Shown here piece by piece: positions 38,509-47,597 of a stretch of DNA of 64,000 bases. Location: the NCBI GenBank assembly GCA_028285105.1, contig JANQQE010000029.1:40256-104255 (forward strand). The letters are read 5' to 3'. The stretch is from Alphaproteobacteria bacterium. Its GTDB lineage: Bacteria; Planctomycetota; Phycisphaerae; UBA1845. Made by a program: the position numbers and the translations under genes. Numbering within the stretch: position 1 is the stretch's first letter; every line of letters begins with the position of its first letter. The notes beneath the pieces were generated by a model. That model was not told the origin of the DNA. It ran no database searches and was given only the letters and a program-made list of their open reading frames with translations.

Positions 38509-39300
38509 ATGCACAGCGCGATTTACAAAGGTCGGGTTCGCCATCAGCGCTTTACACCCGTTCATCATGAATTCGATTATGCGTTGTTCATGATGTACCT
38601 CGATCTCGATGAACTACCCAATCTCTTTGATAACACGCGGTTGTGGTCGAATGGCGGCTGGGGCCTTGCGCGTTTCCGACGACGCGACCATCTCAAAGAC
38701 CACGCTCCGCCCACTCAGGACTTGCGCCAAGCCGTCCGCGATCTGGTCAGAGCGCGAACCGGTTCGACACCGTCCGGTCCCATTCGATTGCTAACGCATC
38801 TTGAATACTTCGGGCATCGATTCAATCCTGTGAGCCTTTTTTTCTGTTTTGACGATCGCAGCGAACACCTTGAAGCGATCGTTGTCGAAATCAACAACAC
38901 ACCCTGGGGCGAGCAACACTGCTACGTCCATCCTACCCATGACCGATCCAGACGCGGAAAAGCACTTTGTTTTGAGTTCGAGAAGGAATTCCACATCTCT
39001 CCATTTATGGCGATGAACATGCAGTACATCTGGACCTTCTCAAAACCTGCCGAACATTTTGCCGTTGTCATGGATACCATGAACAATGGCGAGAAGCACC
39101 TCAACGCTACGATGCAAATGCAACGCACAGAGTTGACCGCTGCCTCACTGAATCGCGCTCTTTTTCGCTACCCACTGATGACCACCCGGGTCCTTGCCGC
39201 CATCTACTGGCAGGCGCTGCGCCTGAGGCTGAAGGGTTGCCCGCGCTACACGCACCCCGCAACGCTCGCCCGAAAAAATCGAGGGGCCAAGACATGCTGA
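38509..39300 (+). CDS. DUF1365 protein, UfaO/RSP_1090-like
   Basis: IYKGRVRHQRFTPVHHEF, FNPVSLFFC, EINNTPWGEQHCY, KEFHISPFM, IYWQALRL. Confidence 0.9.
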   Translation: MHSAIYKGRVRHQRFTPVHHEFDYALFMMYLDLDELPNLFDNTRLWSNGGWGLARFRRRDHLKDHAPPTQDLRQAVRDLVRARTGSTPSGPIRLLTHLEYFGHRFNPVSLFFCFDDRSEHLEAIVVEINNTPWGEQHCYVHPTHDRSRRGKALCFEFEKEFHISPFMAMNMQYIWTFSKPAEHFAVVMDTMNNGEKHLNATMQMQRTELTAASLNRALFRYPLMTTRVLAAIYWQALRLRLKGCPRYTHPATLARKNRGAKTC

Positions 39301-40571
39301 GTAAAACGATCGTTCCGGTCTCGCAGCCTGCACCGCACGCGAGCCAGCCGGGCCTCTTGGATCGGATTGCCCGAAGGATGGTGGTTGCAGGTTTGCAACG
39401 CATTACCGCGGGCCGCTTGACTCTGACGGAAGGCGATGCACAGTCTCATTACGGCATTCAGAATACAGGTGAATCGACGGTACATATCCAAATCCATGAC
39501 CCGCGATTTTATCGATCCGTCGCATGGGGCGGAACACTGGGAGCCGGGCAGGCGTACATCAACGGGTGGTGGACATGCGACGATCTGACTCGCCTGATCC
39601 AGCTGGTCCTGCAAAATCAAGAATCGTTCGCCCAACTCAATGGGGGGCGAACGCGTTTTTCTGGAGCGCTATTGCGAGGGTGGAATCTGCTTCGGCGCAA
39701 CACGCTGAATGGAAGCCGGCAAAATATCGCAGCACACTATGACCTGAGCAACGAGTTCTACGAATTGTTCCTCGATGAATCCATGACCTATTCATGCGGT
39801 ATTTTCGAGTCAGAAAACGCGACGTTATACCAGGCGTCCGTCGCAAAACTCGATCGGATTTGCCGGAAACTCGAACTCAAGCCCGAAGATCATGTGATCG
39901 AAATCGGTACCGGGTGGGGCAGTTTTGCCATCCATGCAGCCAGGAACTACGGCTGTCGTATAACAACGACCACCATCTCGCAGCAGCAGTTCGATCTGGC
40001 AACCAAACGCTCTAAGGATGCAGGCCTGTCAGACCGAATCACGTTGCTGCAAACGGACTATCGTCAACTGACGGGCCAATACGACAAACTCGTGTCAATC
40101 GAAATGATCGAGGCCATCGGCTGGCAGCAATATCCCCAGTATTTCAGAATGTGCGGTGAACTGCTCAAACCGGAAGGCGTCGCTTGCATCCAGGCTATCA
40201 CGAAAGCCGACCGATTCTACGAAGACTCGAAACGGGCGGTCGATTTTATCAAACGATTCGTTTTTCCCGGAAGCTGTATACCATCCATCGGCGCGATGTC
40301 CGGCGCTGTCGCTCGCTCGTCGGATCTAACCATCGCGCATCTGGAAGACATCACACCGCACTACGCGACTACCCTTAGATGCTGGCGCGATCGGTTTAAC
40401 AGGCAGTTGCAAAACGTCCGCGCCCTCGGTTTCTCAGACGCATTCATCCGAATGTGGGAGTACTACCTTTGCTACTGCGAAGCCGGATTCCGCCAGCGGG
40501 TCATCGGAGACGTGCAGATGGTTTTGACCAAGCCTGGTTTCAGAGGGCAACTGCCATTGGGAACCCTATGA
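39294..40571 (+). CDS. cfa: SAM-dependent fatty-acyl-phospholipid methyltransferase (Cfa/UfaM family)
   Basis: NIAAHYDLSNEFYELFLDESMTYS, VIEIGTGWG, SIEMIEAIG, DFIKRFVFPG, HYATTL, MWEYYLCYCEAGF. Confidence 0.9.
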   Translation: MLSKTIVPVSQPAPHASQPGLLDRIARRMVVAGLQRITAGRLTLTEGDAQSHYGIQNTGESTVHIQIHDPRFYRSVAWGGTLGAGQAYINGWWTCDDLTRLIQLVLQNQESFAQLNGGRTRFSGALLRGWNLLRRNTLNGSRQNIAAHYDLSNEFYELFLDESMTYSCGIFESENATLYQASVAKLDRICRKLELKPEDHVIEIGTGWGSFAIHAARNYGCRITTTTISQQQFDLATKRSKDAGLSDRITLLQTDYRQLTGQYDKLVSIEMIEAIGWQQYPQYFRMCGELLKPEGVACIQAITKADRFYEDSKRAVDFIKRFVFPGSCIPSIGAMSGAVARSSDLTIAHLEDITPHYATTLRCWRDRFNRQLQNVRALGFSDAFIRMWEYYLCYCEAGFRQRVIGDVQMVLTKPGFRGQLPLGTL

Positions 40572-41149
40572 ACGAACCACCGAACATGTGGAGAATTGCA
40601 CTCGAAGTTGCCGGGTATCAGGTGGCTTGGTGGAGTTGCGTGCTGTCGGTTCGCGCCGAAGCGATATGGGTTGGCTTAACTGTGACAGTGGTCGTGTTCG
40701 CCATTCATCTTTCCTACTCGCCGAACGTTCAGGGCGAGCTTTGGGCCGTTCCCGTCGCTGCGGGAATGGGCTTCCTGACTGACATCGTGGCGACGTGGCT
40801 TGGCGCATTGAAGTTTGAATCGGCGACGCTGCCGCTGCTACCGGCACCGCTTTGGATCGCAGCCATGTGGTTGGCGTTTGCAATGCTGATCGTTCCATGT
40901 TTTGCCTGGCTGGCCGACCGCCCTTTGGCGGCTGCGTTGATGGGGGCGACGAGTGGACCCACCGCCTACGGTGCCGGTGTCGCACTTGGAATCGTGGAGA
41001 TGCCGCACCTTTGGTGGAGCGTTCTTACGCTCGCCGTCTTGTGGGCGATCGTTGTGCCGATTGCGATCAAGTTTGTTGTCGCATGTACGCTGGAATCGAT
41101 GACGGGCGAAGCATGTGTCGCAGCTCAACCGGAGACGCTTTGTGAATGA
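40568..41149 (+). CDS. DUF2878-like membrane protein
   Basis: ATGA coupling to cfa; YQVAWWSCV, APLWIAAMWLAFA, SGPTAYGAG; position typical of cfa clusters. Confidence 0.75.
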   Translation: MNEPPNMWRIALEVAGYQVAWWSCVLSVRAEAIWVGLTVTVVVFAIHLSYSPNVQGELWAVPVAAGMGFLTDIVATWLGALKFESATLPLLPAPLWIAAMWLAFAMLIVPCFAWLADRPLAAALMGATSGPTAYGAGVALGIVEMPHLWWSVLTLAVLWAIVVPIAIKFVVACTLESMTGEACVAAQPETLCE

Positions 41150-41933
41150 TTGGCTTCAACATCTCGGTTGGGGTTTGGGCGGTGCGGCCATCATGATGTT
41201 TGCCCTTTGGCTGATGCAGCGACGCACGAAGAATGCGGGGATTGTCGATGTGGGGTGGACTTTCGGAATCGGCGCGCTGACGCTTGGGCTTGCGGTATTT
41301 TCAAGCGGTGCGCTTTTTCGACGGGTGTTGGTTGCAACCATGACGATCGTCTGGTCGATGCGATTGGGTTACCACTTGGTGCGTCGCGTTTTCAGCGAAC
41401 CGGAGGACGGCCGCTACCGCAATCTCCGCGAATGGGCTGGCGATCGGCAGCAAATCGTGTTGCTCATATTCTTTTTGCTACAAGCCAGCTGGGTCGTTCT
41501 GTTCGCGATGCCTCAGTACATCGCCATGCAGAACGCGCGTCCGTTCGCCTGGTTCGACGCCGCGGCCATCGGCATATTCGCCGTTTCATTGATCGGCGAA
41601 TCGATCGCGGATCGACAGCTGGCCGCGTTTCGCGAATCCTCCGACAACCAAGGCAAGGTTTGCAAAATCGGATTGTGGCGTTACTCGAGGCATCCAAACT
41701 ACTTCTTCGAATGGCTGCATTGGTTCGCTTATCCGCTGTTGGCCGTCGGTATGGGCTGGCTCGCGTGGGTGACTTTGGTCGGTCCCGCATTGATGTTGCT
41801 GTTTCTGCTCAAGATTACCGGTATCCCTCCAACCGAGAAGCGTGCCCTTCAAAGTCGCGGCGAAAGATACCGAGAGTACCAACGCACCACCAGTGCATTT
41901 GTTCCCTGGTTTCCAAGGGAGAGTACGACATGA
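41142..41933 (+). CDS. DUF1295 (steroid 5-alpha-reductase-like) membrane protein
   Basis: NAGIVDVGW, EDGRY, ESIADRQL, GLWRYSRHPNYFFEWLHW, YREYQRTTSAFVPW; GTG 41142 with GGAG SD. Confidence 0.88.
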   Translation: MNDWLQHLGWGLGGAAIMMFALWLMQRRTKNAGIVDVGWTFGIGALTLGLAVFSSGALFRRVLVATMTIVWSMRLGYHLVRRVFSEPEDGRYRNLREWAGDRQQIVLLIFFLLQASWVVLFAMPQYIAMQNARPFAWFDAAAIGIFAVSLIGESIADRQLAAFRESSDNQGKVCKIGLWRYSRHPNYFFEWLHWFAYPLLAVGMGWLAWVTLVGPALMLLFLLKITGIPPTEKRALQSRGERYREYQRTTSAFVPWFPRESTT

Positions 41934-43054
41934 AAAGCGATTACAAATCATATGGACCGACTGCCCTGGCAGAACGTGGCTGGATACCGGAATTTTTGAT
42001 TCGCTGGGGCATTCGACGTCTGCTCAGCGCCCGCTTGCAAAAGGAATTGGGCGCCGATTGTGAGGAGCGCCACGAATCACAGCAGCGATTTCTTGAATCC
42101 ATGCATGACAGTCCGGTCGCAATCGTTCCGGAAAAAGCCAATGAGCAGCACTATGAAATCCCCGCAGCGTTTTTCGAGTTGGTACTCGGTCGCCATCGAA
42201 AATACAGTTGTTGCCAATGGACGGACCAAACGCATTCGCTTGACGACGCGGAGGCTGCGATGCTTTCCCTGACCTGCGAGCGTGCTGAACTCAAGGACGG
42301 CCAATCGATTTTGGAACTGGGATGTGGCTGGGGATCGCTCACGCTGTGGATGGCCAGACAGTATCCAAACGCCCGCATCACCGCGATCTCCAACTCGGCG
42401 AGTCAGGGGAGTTTTATTCGAAACCAGTGCGAGCAATCGGGTTTCAACAATGTCCGAGTGATGACGGCGGACATGAATGCATTCAAGCCGGACGGCGTGT
42501 TCGATCGGGTGATTTCCGTCGAGATGTTCGAGCACATGCGGAATCTAAGCGCACTGCTTCGCCGAATCGATGGTTGGCTGACCGAGGAAGGCAAGCTGTT
42601 CGTACATATTTTCACCCATCAATCGTGTTCCTACCCGTTCGAAACGACGGGAAAGGACGATTGGATGGGGCGATACTTTTTTTCAGGTGGCATGATGCCT
42701 TCCGACCACTTGCTGCTGTACTTGCAGGATACCTTGAAACTCGATCGCCACTGGTGCGTCAACGGTAAACACTATGAAAAAACGGCAAACGCATGGCTCA
42801 ACAATATGAATTCCCGTCGTTCGGAGATTCTGCCTGTCTTGCAACAGACGTATGGAGTAGCCGATGCCGAACGATGGTACCACCGCTGGCGAATGTTCTT
42901 CATGGCATGCGCCGAACTTTGGGGGTATCGCGATGGTAATGAATGGCGCGTTGGGCATTATTTGATGAGCCGTCGGGTGTCCACGGACTTGAAGTCGACG
43001 GGGGGCGATTCATTGGATTTTGTCAAAAGAGATACGCTATGCACTTCCGTTTGA
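41930..43054 (+). CDS. Second Cfa-like SAM-dependent methyltransferase
   Basis: ATGA coupling (ATG 41930); KANEQHYEIP, ILELGCGWG, SVEMFEHMRN, WMGRYFFSGG, WRMFFMACAELWG. Confidence 0.9.
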   Translation: MKSDYKSYGPTALAERGWIPEFLIRWGIRRLLSARLQKELGADCEERHESQQRFLESMHDSPVAIVPEKANEQHYEIPAAFFELVLGRHRKYSCCQWTDQTHSLDDAEAAMLSLTCERAELKDGQSILELGCGWGSLTLWMARQYPNARITAISNSASQGSFIRNQCEQSGFNNVRVMTADMNAFKPDGVFDRVISVEMFEHMRNLSALLRRIDGWLTEEGKLFVHIFTHQSCSYPFETTGKDDWMGRYFFSGGMMPSDHLLLYLQDTLKLDRHWCVNGKHYEKTANAWLNNMNSRRSEILPVLQQTYGVADAERWYHRWRMFFMACAELWGYRDGNEWRVGHYLMSRRVSTDLKSTGGDSLDFVKRDTLCTSV

Positions 43055-43668
43055 ATATTGCACTGGGCATGCTGGCGATGCTCTCCGGTTGCGAACGCCA
43101 ATCCGCGACTCCCGTTTCGACAGTGGATACGAATTCGGTTACACCGTCATCAAAGTTGGTGTCGGGTGATTCACTAAGAAGTCGCAGCAACAAAGCACTC
43201 AAGACCGTTGACGAAGTTGACCTCGATCGCTACCTCGGCAAATGGTATGAGTACGCCCGGTATCCGAACGCATTTCAGAAGAACATCGTAGGCGTCATTG
43301 CGGAGTATCGACGGCGCGACGACGGTCGTCTCGATGTCATCAACATGGGCAAGGTTCGGAAACTCGATGGCAAAGATGATCGATCCGAATCGATCGGATG
43401 GGTGGTTGAAGGGACCAAAAATACCCGCTGGCGGGTTCAGTTTATTTGGCCGTTCAGTGTTCCCTATTGGATCATCGATCTGGATGACGACTACCAATGG
43501 GCCGTCGTCGGTCAACCGTCCCGAAAATACCTGTGGGTCTTGAGTCGAACGCCACAACTCGATGACGAAATTTTCAGCGCAATCTGCGATCGATTGAAAG
43601 AGCAGGGCTACGATCCAGCGCGACTCAAGAAAACGCCCCAGCCTCAAGGAGACTCAAAGCCGAAATGA
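43039..43668 (+). CDS. blc: Lipocalin lipoprotein (Blc family)
   Basis: Lipobox LSG-C; VDLDRYLGKWYEYAR; QFIWPF; YWIIDLDDDYQWAVVG; YLWVLSRTP. Confidence 0.88.
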   Translation: MHFRLNIALGMLAMLSGCERQSATPVSTVDTNSVTPSSKLVSGDSLRSRSNKALKTVDEVDLDRYLGKWYEYARYPNAFQKNIVGVIAEYRRRDDGRLDVINMGKVRKLDGKDDRSESIGWVVEGTKNTRWRVQFIWPFSVPYWIIDLDDDYQWAVVGQPSRKYLWVLSRTPQLDDEIFSAICDRLKEQGYDPARLKKTPQPQGDSKPK

Positions 43669-43799
43669 AAGTTCCCTCCGGATGAGGAAATTCGTTGTAC
43701 TGAAGCGCTGCAATGCCGACAGCCGTTCGACAACCTTGTCTGTCGATGAACCCTGCGTTTTCACGCCAAGAATTCGCAGGAAGTGCAAGGCTTGGTTTA

Positions 43800-44642
43800 T
43801 CACCCGGTAGAGCAACTGGCATCATCGAAAAATGTTCCCGTTGCTTGCCAGAGCGATTCCAGGCGATCGATACGCTCCCGAGCATCATCACCCAGCAAAA
43901 CAGCGGCGCGGGCGACGATGAGTTCGGCTGCTACGACTGCGGGCACGGAACTGTCGAACGGTCCGACTGCCGGAATCTTCAGGTGCCCCCATGCATGCGA
44001 GATTTGCGCAATCGGGGAAAGTGGTCCGTCGGTAATCGCGAGGATCTTGACGCCTTCATCGGCCAATGCCCTGGCTGCCGTAATCGAGTGACGCCGGTAG
44101 CGACTGAAATCGAACACGACCGCAGCTTCGCCGGCGCGGGCCCCGGCCAAATCCCTGCCCATTTCGTACTCGGTGACCAGTCGAACATCCGACCTGAGCA
44201 TCGACAATCCCGCATACAACGTGTGTGCCCCCGCCAACGAAGTCTCGCCGGAAAGGATCCAGACATGAGCCGCTTCGACCATCGGTTGAACCAGTGCGTC
44301 AAGTCGCCGATCGGTGAGCGACTCGAACACGTCGTAGACGGCTTCGAGCACCGATCGACGAAGCGGACCGGCTTCCTGCTGTTGCCGAATGCGATGGCTC
44401 GGTCTTGAGAGTTGATCTGAAACTTGGTCTCGTTCTTGCGCCTGGAGGTCCGAATACCCTTCGAATCCCAACTTCATCGCGAACCGCACGATGGAAGGCC
44501 GACTGGTGCCAACACGGTCGGCCAACTCCGAGACCGTCCCAAACGCGAGCAACGTCGGATTTTCCATTACTGCTTCGGCGATTCGACGTTCGGTCGGGGT
44601 GAGGCGGTCGCCCGCAGTCGCGATGAGATCCTGGATGGACAA
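43800..44642 (-). CDS. MurR/RpiR-family transcriptional regulator (HTH + SIS)
   Basis: LTPTERRIAE...TVSELADRVGTSRPSIVRFAMKLGFEGYSDLQ; SIS motifs VFDFSRY, ILAITDGPLSPIA. Confidence 0.92.
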   Translation of the reverse strand: MSIQDLIATAGDRLTPTERRIAEAVMENPTLLAFGTVSELADRVGTSRPSIVRFAMKLGFEGYSDLQAQERDQVSDQLSRPSHRIRQQQEAGPLRRSVLEAVYDVFESLTDRRLDALVQPMVEAAHVWILSGETSLAGAHTLYAGLSMLRSDVRLVTEYEMGRDLAGARAGEAAVVFDFSRYRRHSITAARALADEGVKILAITDGPLSPIAQISHAWGHLKIPAVGPFDSSVPAVVAAELIVARAAVLLGDDARERIDRLESLWQATGTFFDDASCSTG

Positions 44643-44665
44643 TCAAAGCCCCTTTGGTCATTTTG

Positions 44666-44703
44666 TTGCATAAACTTATTCAAAGTGTACACTATGTTAC
44701 ACT
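44666..44703 (+). promoter_or_regulatory. Sigma70-type promoter overlapped by a palindromic operator
   Basis: TTGCAT(44666)-N16-TACACT(44688); perfect inverted repeat AGTGTA-N8-TACACT (44684-44703) in the 101-bp gap between the RpiR gene and the operon. Confidence 0.6.
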
Positions 44704-44743
44704 GAGGTCCACAAGAATTTGGTATCGACCCGGAGTTCTTCTC

Positions 44744-46210
44744 ATGATCCAGAAGCTGAAACACATCCCGACGGCGCGCGAACAGGCTTTTCTCGACACC
44801 GTCGAGGATACGCAATACCAGCGCGACATCATCAACGGACTCTCACCATTTTTCGATGAAAAAGCGCCTGCGGACATGCTTCAATTCTATTCCAAAGGCG
44901 AAGTCGCCTCGCTCCGCGTTCTCAAGGGGACCGACCGCGATGTCGAAGATCGCATGCCGGTCAAGATTACACGTCACTATTACGAGTTGGCGAAGAACTC
45001 AGAACCGATCAGCCGAATCGTCAAAGCCAGCCCGGACGAAACGGACAACCTTCAGGGTTCTGAAGACCCCGGTTTTCAAATGGACTATGCGCCGGTCGAA
45101 GGGCTGCTCCACAAATACGAAATGGGCTTGATGTACGTCATCTCGACATGCTCTGCACACTGTCGATTTTGTTACCGCGAAGAACTCATCGCCCGAAAAG
45201 ATATTGAACGGCAGGACGGGACCGTTGCCAAGAAGGGTCTGGCACAGATTCCCGAGATCATCGCATACATCAAAGAACACAATGACGCGGTGGAAGCCAA
45301 CGGTGGTCGTCACCCCGAAAGCGGACGCGAGAAACTCCGAGAGATTCTCCTGTCGGGTGGTGACGCCATGGTCCTTGGCAATTCCAAACTTGCCGCATGG
45401 TTCGGTGCGCTTGCCGAAGCCGGGATCGAATCCATCCGCGTCGGAACCAAGGAGATGGCGTTCTACCCCCAGCGCTTCGACCGCACGCTGCTTGAAATGC
45501 TCGACCGATTCCATGAAACGTACCCGCAGGTCGGGATGCACTTCATGCTTCACTTTCAGCACCCCGACGAAATTCTTGCCAAGGATGCTGACGGAAACTA
45601 CATCGAGGATGAAAAGGGCTTCAAGCAGTGGATTCCGGAAACCGGCGAAGCAATGCGCGGGCTGGTCTCGCGCGGGTGGCTGACTGTTGAAAATCAGGCA
45701 CCGATCATCAAAGGCATCAACGACGATGCCGATGCACTTCGCATTCTCCAGCGAGAATTCAAACGCGCTGGCGGAGAGAACCACTACTTTTTCTGTGGCC
45801 GCGATATCGTCGCATACAAAGCGTTTAACATTCCCATCGAAGAGGCGTGGAGTATTCTCAACACGTCCCAGAGGGGTTTATCCGGTGTAGAATGCCACGC
45901 CAAACTTTCGATCACGCACTACAAAGGCAAGACCGAAGTGGCGGCAGTGACCAACGAACCGATTCCGGGCCTTGCCGGTTCCGAAAACGGTGTCGTGATT
46001 TTCAAGATCCTGCGTAATGCCGGTAGCGCGCCAGACAAAGGAAAGGTCTGCATCGTCGGCCGCAACCCCAATGCCGTCTGGTTCGACGATTACGAAGACC
46101 GTGTCCTCTTCGATGAAGCCGGTTTGTATAATTACGACCGAGTGAAGAAATCGGGTGAAGCGCCGAGTAGTTGTTCGGCTTCCGCCGGCAAACCAGGGTG
46201 TGCGGGATGA
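44744..46210 (+). CDS. KamA-family radical-SAM/PLP amino acid 2,3-aminomutase, probably non-lysine substrate
   Basis: EGLLHKY, CSAHCRFCYR (CxxxCxxC plus Arg), LLSGGDA, HFQHPDEI, NQAPIIKGIND, GKTEV (PLP Lys); ATG 44744 with GGAG SD. Confidence 0.85.
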   Translation: MIQKLKHIPTAREQAFLDTVEDTQYQRDIINGLSPFFDEKAPADMLQFYSKGEVASLRVLKGTDRDVEDRMPVKITRHYYELAKNSEPISRIVKASPDETDNLQGSEDPGFQMDYAPVEGLLHKYEMGLMYVISTCSAHCRFCYREELIARKDIERQDGTVAKKGLAQIPEIIAYIKEHNDAVEANGGRHPESGREKLREILLSGGDAMVLGNSKLAAWFGALAEAGIESIRVGTKEMAFYPQRFDRTLLEMLDRFHETYPQVGMHFMLHFQHPDEILAKDADGNYIEDEKGFKQWIPETGEAMRGLVSRGWLTVENQAPIIKGINDDADALRILQREFKRAGGENHYFFCGRDIVAYKAFNIPIEEAWSILNTSQRGLSGVECHAKLSITHYKGKTEVAAVTNEPIPGLAGSENGVVIFKILRNAGSAPDKGKVCIVGRNPNAVWFDDYEDRVLFDEAGLYNYDRVKKSGEAPSSCSASAGKPGCAG

Positions 46211-46917
46211 TCGACAAGCGTGTGAACACGCCGCATGAAGTGGTCGCCGACATCTTCGACGGTGCGACCATCATGATTGGCGGGTTTGGGGAAGCGGGCA
46301 GTCCGGTCGAGTTGCTCCATGCGATCATCGATCAAGGTGCATCCGACCTGACGATCATAAGCAACAACACCGGTTCGGGCGAAGTCGGTCTCGCGGCGCT
46401 CATCAAAGTCGGGCGGGTTTCAAAAGCGATCTGCTCCTATCCGCGCACTGCCAACTCGACTGTTTTTGCAGAACTCTATCGAAGCGGTCGCATCGAACTC
46501 GAACTTGTTCCGCAGGGTACGTTGGCTGAACGCATTCGTTGCGGTGGTGCGGGGGTGCCGGCGTTTTATACCGCAACGGCCGTCGGTACCCCGCTGGCTG
46601 AGGGTAAGGAACTGCGCGAGTTTGAAGGCAAGCAATACGTACTAGAGCGGGGCCTTCGAGCAGACTTTACGATCATCAAGGCCCGCACTGCCGACGTTCA
46701 CGGTAACCTTTTATACAACAAGACGGCCCGCAATTTCGCGCCGATCATGGCGACGGCATCGAACTGTACGATCGTGCAGGCGCAGGATGTCGTTGAGGCA
46801 GGCGACATCGATCCGGAAACCGTTGTGACGCCCGGTTTGTTCGTAGATCGTGTTGTTCAAGTCGCAGAACCAGCCCACGAATCCGAACTTGTCGCCGCCG
46901 GAGCTTCCTACCCATGA
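46207..46917 (+). CDS. pcaI: 3-oxoadipate CoA-transferase subunit A-like
   Basis: IMIGGFGEAGSP, SNNTGSGEVGLAAL, CSYPRTANSTVFAELYRSGRIELELVPQGTLAERIR, ARNFAPIMA; ATGA coupled. Confidence 0.85.
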   Translation: MIDKRVNTPHEVVADIFDGATIMIGGFGEAGSPVELLHAIIDQGASDLTIISNNTGSGEVGLAALIKVGRVSKAICSYPRTANSTVFAELYRSGRIELELVPQGTLAERIRCGGAGVPAFYTATAVGTPLAEGKELREFEGKQYVLERGLRADFTIIKARTADVHGNLLYNKTARNFAPIMATASNCTIVQAQDVVEAGDIDPETVVTPGLFVDRVVQVAEPAHESELVAAGASYP

Positions 46918-47597
46918 CCAGCAAAGATTCGAAAGCGGGTTGGTCGCGCGAGGAGATGGCTGCCCGTCTTGCTCAAGACATTCCCAACGGGTCGTATGTG
47001 AACCTTGGCATCGGTATTCCTGAACTCGTTGCCAGATTCGTACCCGAAGACAAGACGCTCATCTACCACACCGAGAATGGCTTGATTGGAATGGGCCCTT
47101 CACCGGAAGCGGGACAAGGCGATCCTGAACTGATCAATGCAGGCAAGCGTCAAGTCACGGCGATGCCCGGTGCGGCATACTTTCATCACGCCGACAGTTT
47201 CGTCATGATTCGTGGTGGACACATCGATCTGTGTGTCCTCGGTGCGCTTCAGGTCGCGCAAAATGGCGACCTCGCAAATTGGTCCACCGGTCAGCCCGAC
47301 GCAATACCGGCGGTCGGTGGTGCGATGGACCTCGTCGCAGGGGTCAAGTCCATCTACGTCATCACCCAGCACACAACCAAGCATGGCGATCCAAAACTCG
47401 TCGAATCCTGTACGTATCCACTGACCGGGCTTGGCGTGGTCGATCGCATTTACACGAACCTCGCCGTCATCGAAGTGACGCCGGATGGGTTTGGCGTCAG
47501 CGAACTCAGTCCGGGTATCGATTTCCAAGACGTGCAAAACCAAACCGGCGCTCCACTCAGCGATATCCGCGAAAGCGCGACGGCAAACAACCCATGA
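46914..47597 (+). CDS. pcaJ: 3-oxoadipate CoA-transferase subunit B-like
   Basis: YVNLGIGIP, HTENG (catalytic Glu), LINAGK, YFHHADSF.MIRGGH, IPAVGGAMDL, CTYPLTG; ATGA coupled. Confidence 0.85.
   Translation: MTSKDSKAGWSREEMAARLAQDIPNGSYVNLGIGIPELVARFVPEDKTLIYHTENGLIGMGPSPEAGQGDPELINAGKRQVTAMPGAAYFHHADSFVMIRGGHIDLCVLGALQVAQNGDLANWSTGQPDAIPAVGGAMDLVAGVKSIYVITQHTTKHGDPKLVESCTYPLTGLGVVDRIYTNLAVIEVTPDGFGVSELSPGIDFQDVQNQTGAPLSDIRESATANNP

Noticed and set aside
41150-41929. Long N-terminal extension of the second methyltransferase (634-aa call)
   Set aside because: It overlaps DUF1295 in another frame; the real start is the ATGA-coupled ATG 41930.
44744-46210. Annotation as EF-P modification enzyme EpmB or ordinary lysine 2,3-aminomutase
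   Set aside because: It is 488 aa, has no efp/epmA or lysine-fermentation genes nearby, and the lysine-binding Asp positions appear substituted.
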